A stretch of 64,000 bases of DNA from Escherichia coli (GTDB lineage Bacteria > Pseudomonadota > Gammaproteobacteria > Enterobacterales > Enterobacteriaceae). Made by a program: the position numbers and the translations under genes. Position 1 is the first letter of the stretch. The number at the start of each line of letters is the position of its first letter. Below, piece after piece: positions 59,334-64,000 of the stretch. The notes below the pieces were generated by a model, which worked only from the letters and a program-made list of their open reading frames with translations, was not told the DNA's origin and searched no databases. Location: NCBI RefSeq assembly GCF_003334335.1, contig NZ_QOWQ01000017.1; one strand, written 5' to 3'.

Positions 59334-60536
59334 TCAACTCCTGTCATGGAAAAGTGGTTGCCAGAGGTCGATTAGCCCCTGCATCAAGCCACCGCGCCAA
59401 CAAAGCGCATCATGTCCGCCGTCAACCTGACGCCAGAAAATGGATTCTTTTATGGGGTGTAATTGCGCATACAGCGCCTGATTGGCCCGCATGATCATCG
59501 GCTCGCGAATACCCGCTTCCAGCACAATGCGCAGACCTTCGGCGCTAACTTCACCAGCTTTTAGCTTTTCAAGTAACACGCCCTCTTGCTGCCCGCCCCG
59601 ATGCGGCCACCAGTACGATCCTGACTGGCTTAATACACAGCCAAAGCGTTCAGGCCAGTGCAGTCCGGCATACAGCGCGGAAAGCCCACCAAAACTCTGC
59701 CCGGCAACCACGGTGCGATCGGCACGATCGCTAAAAGGGGCAATAGCTTTCACCAGGGGTAATAACTCTTGCTGTACTGCGAGCCAGAAATCCGCATTAC
59801 ACGGCAGTTCGTGGGCGCGGTGCGTGGTGTCGATAGCGTCGATCAACACATACACGGCGGGAGGAAGTTGCTGACGATGGGTCAGCGAAGTCAGCACTGG
59901 CCAGACGGGCATACTTTGCGCCCAAAATTCGCCATCGAGCAAAACTGCCAGCGGGCGTTCTTCTGCTGTTGCATCGCCGGTGGTAAAAATCCATACACGC
60001 CGTGACTTTTTCAACCGTTCACTTTTCCAGATAATTTCTTTGGCAGGTATTTCTGGCGCTTGCGGACAATCCCATCCCGGTTGCAGAGGCGCTTGCGGCA
60101 TTTCGAGTGCAGAAACAGCGTGCCCTCGCCCGCCTTTCCAGCTTTGTAGGTTCAGCGGATCGGCTATCGCCTGGGGTAATAGTTTTCGCCAGCCTTCGCG
60201 CAATTCGAGGCGATCGGGGGATGGTACAGAAAAAATGTCATCGCGTTCGGTGGGAATAAAGCAGTAGCTGCCGCGCCAGTTGGCATTGAGTTGTGTCGTC
60301 CACTGCCAGACGTTAGTGCCTGCAATTCGCTGCATCGACTGGGGCTGGCTGTTCTGATGGTGATCGGTCACACCAGTGATGTAGACCCATACGCGCTTTA
60401 TCGTCGAGTATTCTTCAGAACCTTGGGGATCACGCCACCAGAAAGTGACCTCAAACATTTCGTCATTCAGACGCTGCCATTCCGGGCCATGTTTCGACTG
60501 CCACCAGCTCTCACTTCCTACTTTTAACGCCGTCAC
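59334..60536 (-). CDS. fes: Enterochelin (ferric enterobactin) esterase
   Basis: 400-aa ORF with GQSFGG esterase motif. Confidence 0.9.
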   Translation of the reverse strand: MTALKVGSESWWQSKHGPEWQRLNDEMFEVTFWWRDPQGSEEYSTIKRVWVYITGVTDHHQNSQPQSMQRIAGTNVWQWTTQLNANWRGSYCFIPTERDDIFSVPSPDRLELREGWRKLLPQAIADPLNLQSWKGGRGHAVSALEMPQAPLQPGWDCPQAPEIPAKEIIWKSERLKKSRRVWIFTTGDATAEERPLAVLLDGEFWAQSMPVWPVLTSLTHRQQLPPAVYVLIDAIDTTHRAHELPCNADFWLAVQQELLPLVKAIAPFSDRADRTVVAGQSFGGLSALYAGLHWPERFGCVLSQSGSYWWPHRGGQQEGVLLEKLKAGEVSAEGLRIVLEAGIREPMIMRANQALYAQLHPIKESIFWRQVDGGHDALCWRGGLMQGLIDLWQPLFHDRS

Positions 60537-60582
60537 ACCATAACCCCATGTTTACTGTGCAATTTTTCATTGATTGCAGAAA

Positions 60583-60620
60583 TATATTGATAATATTATT
60601 GATAACTATTTGCATTTGCA
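60583..60620. promoter_or_regulatory. Fur box(es) in the fes/fepA divergent promoter region
   Basis: atattgataatattattgataactatttgcatttgc with tandem GATAAT repeats. Confidence 0.8.
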
Positions 60621-60778
60621 ATAGCGTAATGGCGCGCCGTGGGAAGCGCGGACATTAATTAACCAACTGCACTGCGTGTCTTTCAGGATCAAAGGTTTTC
60701 GCGGTAGCGGGATGCGTCGTGTTGATGACGACCATGCCCGACAGTTGCAATTCGTGGCAAAAATGCAGGAATAAAACA

Positions 60779-63019
60779 ATGAACAAGAAGATTCATTCCC
60801 TGGCCTTGTTGGTCAATCTGGGGATTTATGGGGTAGCGCAGGCACAAGAGCCGACCGATACTCCTGTTTCACATGACGATACTATTGTCGTTACCGCCGC
60901 CGAGCAGAACTTACAGGCGCCTGGCGTTTCGACCATCACCGCAGATGAAATCCGCAAAAACCCGGTTGCCCGCGATGTGTCGGAAATCATCCGTACCATG
61001 CCAGGCGTTAACCTGACCGGTAACTCCACCAGTGGTCAGCGTGGGAATAACCGACAGATTGATATTCGCGGTATGGGTCCGGAAAACACGCTGATTTTGA
61101 TTGACGGCAAGCCGGTAAGCAGCCGTAACTCGGTGCGTCAGGGCTGGCGTGGCGAGCGCGATACCCGTGGTGATACTTCCTGGGTGCCACCTGAAATGAT
61201 TGAACGTATTGAAGTTCTGCGTGGTCCGGCAGCTGCGCGTTATGGCAACGGCGCGGCGGGCGGCGTGGTTAACATCATTACCAAAAAAGGCAGCGGCGAG
61301 TGGCACGGCTCCTGGGACGCATATTTCAATGCGCCAGAACATAAAGAGGAAGGTGCCACCAAACGCACTAACTTTAGCCTGACCGGTCCGCTGGGCGACG
61401 AATTCAGCTTCCGTTTGTATGGCAACCTCGACAAAACCCAGGCTGACGCGTGGGATATCAACCAGGGCCATCAGTCCGCGCGTGCCGGAACGTATGCCAC
61501 GACGTTACCAGCCGGGCGCGAAGGGGTAATCAACAAAGATATTAATGGCGTGGTGCGCTGGGATTTCGCGCCATTGCAATCGCTGGAACTGGAAGCAGGT
61601 TACAGCCGCCAGGGTAACCTGTATGCGGGCGACACCCAGAATACCAACTCCGATTCCTATACCCGCTCGAAATATGGCGATGAAACCAACCGTCTGTATC
61701 GCCAGAACTACGCGCTGACCTGGAACGGTGGCTGGGATAACGGCGTGACCACCAGCAACTGGGTGCAGTACGAACACACCCGTAACTCGCGTATTCCGGA
61801 AGGTCTGGCGGGCGGTACCGAAGGGAAATTTAACGAAAAAGCGACACAGGATTTCGTCGATATCGATCTTGATGACGTGATGCTGCACAGCGAAGTTAAC
61901 CTGCCGATTGATTTCCTCGTTAACCAGACGCTGACGCTGGGTACGGAGTGGAATCAGCAACGGATGAAGGACTTAAGTTCCAACACCCAGGCACTGACCG
62001 GAACGAATACCGGTGGCGCTATTGATGGCGTGAGTACCACCGACCGTAGCCCGTATTCAAAAGCAGAAATTTTCTCGCTGTTTGCCGAAAACAACATGGA
62101 GCTGACTGACAGCACCATCGTAACGCCGGGGCTGCGTTTCGATCATCACAGTATTGTCGGCAATAACTGGAGCCCGGCGCTGAACATATCGCAAGGTTTA
62201 GGCGATGACTTCACGCTGAAAATGGGCATCGCCCGTGCTTATAAAGCGCCGAGCCTGTACCAGACTAACCCGAACTACATTCTCTACAGTAAAGGTCAGG
62301 GTTGCTATGCCAGCGCGGGCGGCTGCTATCTGCAAGGTAACGATGACCTGAAAGCAGAAACCAGCATCAACAAAGAGATTGGTCTGGAGTTCAAACGCGA
62401 CGGGTGGCTGGCGGGCGTCACCTGGTTCCGTAACGATTATCGCAATAAGATTGAAGCGGGCTATGTGGCTGTAGGGCAAAACGCAGTCGGCACCGATCTC
62501 TATCAGTGGGATAACGTGCCGAAAGCGGTGGTTGAAGGTCTGGAAGGATCGTTAAACGTACCGGTTAGCGAAACGGTGATGTGGACCAATAACATCACTT
62601 ATATGCTGAAGAGTGAAAACAAAACCACGGGCGACCGTTTGTCGATCATCCCGGAGTATACGTTGAACTCAACGCTGAGCTGGCAGGCACGGGAAGATTT
62701 GTCGATGCAAACGACCTTCACCTGGTACGGCAAGCAGCAGCCGAAGAAGTACAACTATAAAGGTCAGCCAGCGGTTGGACCGGAAACCAAAGAAATTAGT
62801 CCTTACAGCATTGTTGGCCTGAGCGCGACCTGGGATGTGACGAAGAATGTCAGTCTGACCGGCGGCGTGGACAATCTGTTCGACAAACGTTTGTGGCGTG
62901 CGGGTAATGCCCAGACCACGGGCGATTTGGCAGGGGCCAACTATATCGCCGGTGCCGGGGCGTATACCTATAACGAGCCGGGACGTACGTGGTATATGAG
63001 CGTAAACACCCACTTCTGA
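60779..63019 (+). CDS. fepA: Ferric enterobactin outer-membrane receptor (TonB-dependent)
   Basis: ORF 60719..63019; ATG at 60779 gives 746 aa with signal peptide MNKKIHSLALLVNLGIYGVAQA and TonB box DTIVVTA. Confidence 0.95.
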   Translation: MNKKIHSLALLVNLGIYGVAQAQEPTDTPVSHDDTIVVTAAEQNLQAPGVSTITADEIRKNPVARDVSEIIRTMPGVNLTGNSTSGQRGNNRQIDIRGMGPENTLILIDGKPVSSRNSVRQGWRGERDTRGDTSWVPPEMIERIEVLRGPAAARYGNGAAGGVVNIITKKGSGEWHGSWDAYFNAPEHKEEGATKRTNFSLTGPLGDEFSFRLYGNLDKTQADAWDINQGHQSARAGTYATTLPAGREGVINKDINGVVRWDFAPLQSLELEAGYSRQGNLYAGDTQNTNSDSYTRSKYGDETNRLYRQNYALTWNGGWDNGVTTSNWVQYEHTRNSRIPEGLAGGTEGKFNEKATQDFVDIDLDDVMLHSEVNLPIDFLVNQTLTLGTEWNQQRMKDLSSNTQALTGTNTGGAIDGVSTTDRSPYSKAEIFSLFAENNMELTDSTIVTPGLRFDHHSIVGNNWSPALNISQGLGDDFTLKMGIARAYKAPSLYQTNPNYILYSKGQGCYASAGGCYLQGNDDLKAETSINKEIGLEFKRDGWLAGVTWFRNDYRNKIEAGYVAVGQNAVGTDLYQWDNVPKAVVEGLEGSLNVPVSETVMWTNNITYMLKSENKTTGDRLSIIPEYTLNSTLSWQAREDLSMQTTFTWYGKQQPKKYNYKGQPAVGPETKEISPYSIVGLSATWDVTKNVSLTGGVDNLFDKRLWRAGNAQTTGDLAGANYIAGAGAYTYNEPGRTWYMSVNTHF

Positions 63020-63058
63020 TGCTAACGTCAGATTGTTGACAAAGTGCGCGTCGTTCAT

Positions 63059-63157
63059 GCCGGATGCGGCGTGAACGCCTTATCCGGCCTACAAAAATCT
63101 TGCCAATTCAATATATTGCAGGACCATGTAGGCCTGATAAGCGTAGCGCATCAGGCA
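63059..63157. repeat. BIME: two REP elements in inverted orientation downstream of fepA
   Basis: GCCGGATGCGGCGTGAACGCCTTATCCGGCCTACA at 63059-63093 and tgtaggcctgataagcgtagcgcatcaggca at 63127-63157. Confidence 0.85.
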
Positions 63158-63193
63158 GTTTTGCGTTTGTCATCAGTCTCGAATATGGTCGAT

Positions 63194-63814
63194 ATGAAAA
63201 CTACGCATACCTCCCTCCCCTTTGCCGGACATACGCTGCATTTTGTTGAGTTCGATCCGGCGAATTTTTGTGAGCAGGATTTACTCTGGCTGCCGCACTA
63301 CGCACAACTGCAACACGCTGGACGTAAACGTAAAACAGAGCATTTAGCCGGACGGATCGCTGCTGTTTATGCTTTGCGGGAATATGGCTATAAATGTGTG
63401 CCCGCAATCGGCGAGCTACGCCAACCTGTCTGGCCTGCGGAGGTATACGGCAGTATTAGCCACTGTGGGACTACGGCATTAGCCGTGGTATCTCGTCAAC
63501 CGATTGGCATTGATATAGAAGAAATTTTTTCTGTACAAACCGCAAGAGAATTGACAGACAACATTATTACACCAGCGGAACACGAGCGACTCGCAGACTG
63601 CGGTTTAGCCTTTTCTCTGGCGCTGACACTGGCATTTTCCGCCAAAGAGAGCGCATTTAAGGCAAGTGAGATCCAAACTGATGCAGGTTTTCTGGACTAT
63701 CAGATAATTAGCTGGAATAAACAGCAGGTCATCATTCATCGTGAGAATGAGATGTTTGCTGTGCACTGGCAGATAAAAGAAAAGATAGTCATAACGCTGT
63801 GCCAACACGATTAA
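63194..63814 (+). CDS. entD: Enterobactin synthase 4'-phosphopantetheinyl transferase
   Basis: ORF 63044..63814 begins inside the REP elements; ATG at 63194 gives 206 aa MKTTHTSLPFAGHTL... (alternative ATG at 63185). Confidence 0.88.
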   Translation: MKTTHTSLPFAGHTLHFVEFDPANFCEQDLLWLPHYAQLQHAGRKRKTEHLAGRIAAVYALREYGYKCVPAIGELRQPVWPAEVYGSISHCGTTALAVVSRQPIGIDIEEIFSVQTARELTDNIITPAEHERLADCGLAFSLALTLAFSAKESAFKASEIQTDAGFLDYQIISWNKQQVIIHRENEMFAVHWQIKEKIVITLCQHD

Positions 63815-63924
63815 TTGACAACATCTGGTACGATTCGCCCGCAGCCATCACTGACCACGGGCGAAAGTGTAAAGCAGGTGCCTTACCATCCTGACCTGAC
63901 AACCGGATATGCGGGGATTACTCC

Positions 63925-64000
63925 CATAAGCGCTAACTTAAGGGTTGAACCATCTGAAGAATGCGACGCCTCGGTGCCTCGTTAAGACGATGCCTCGCGT
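63925..64000. mobile_element. Possible terminus of an IS186-like (IS4-family) insertion sequence, truncated by window end
   Basis: cataagcgctaacttaagggttg resembles what I recall as an IS186 inverted repeat; K-12 has an IS186 copy next to entD. Not verified. Confidence 0.3.

Overview
This 64 kb window reads as one contiguous stretch of Escherichia coli K-12-type chromosome, reverse-complemented relative to the conventional map, with no sign of inserted foreign DNA. Gene order is leuS (3' end), lptE, holA, nadD, cobC, rsfS-rlmH-mrdA-mrdB-rlpA, dacA, ybeD, lipB, ybeF, lipA, tatE, ybeM (split), crcB, cspE, pagP, dcuC, dpiBA, citCDEFXG-citT, rna, rnk, ybdR, uspG, ahpCF, dsbG, ybdO-ybdN-ybdM, ybdL, ybdH, cstA-ybdD, then the complete enterobactin cluster (entH-A-B-E-C, fepB, entS, fepDGC, fepE, entF, ybdZ, fes, fepA, entD). 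I recognised about 58 CDS by sequence; every one has the protein length I recall for K-12 once the N-terminal start is chosen correctly. I found no tRNA, rRNA, CRISPR array, prophage or integrase. Non-coding features I can support are REP/BIME elements, a GC-rich repeat family (three copies, two forming a palindrome in the fepB leader), three Fur-box promoter regions, several rho-independent terminators and a possible IS186 terminus cut by the window end. I do not see a clearly novel system. The best candidates for a second look are the ybdO-ybdN-ybdM module (PP-loop enzyme plus ParB/Srx-like protein, function unknown), an unannotated-looking 29-codon hydrophobic ORF between rnk and ybdR, and the split nitrilase-family gene ybeM. 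All identifications are from memory of the protein sequences; no database search was run.
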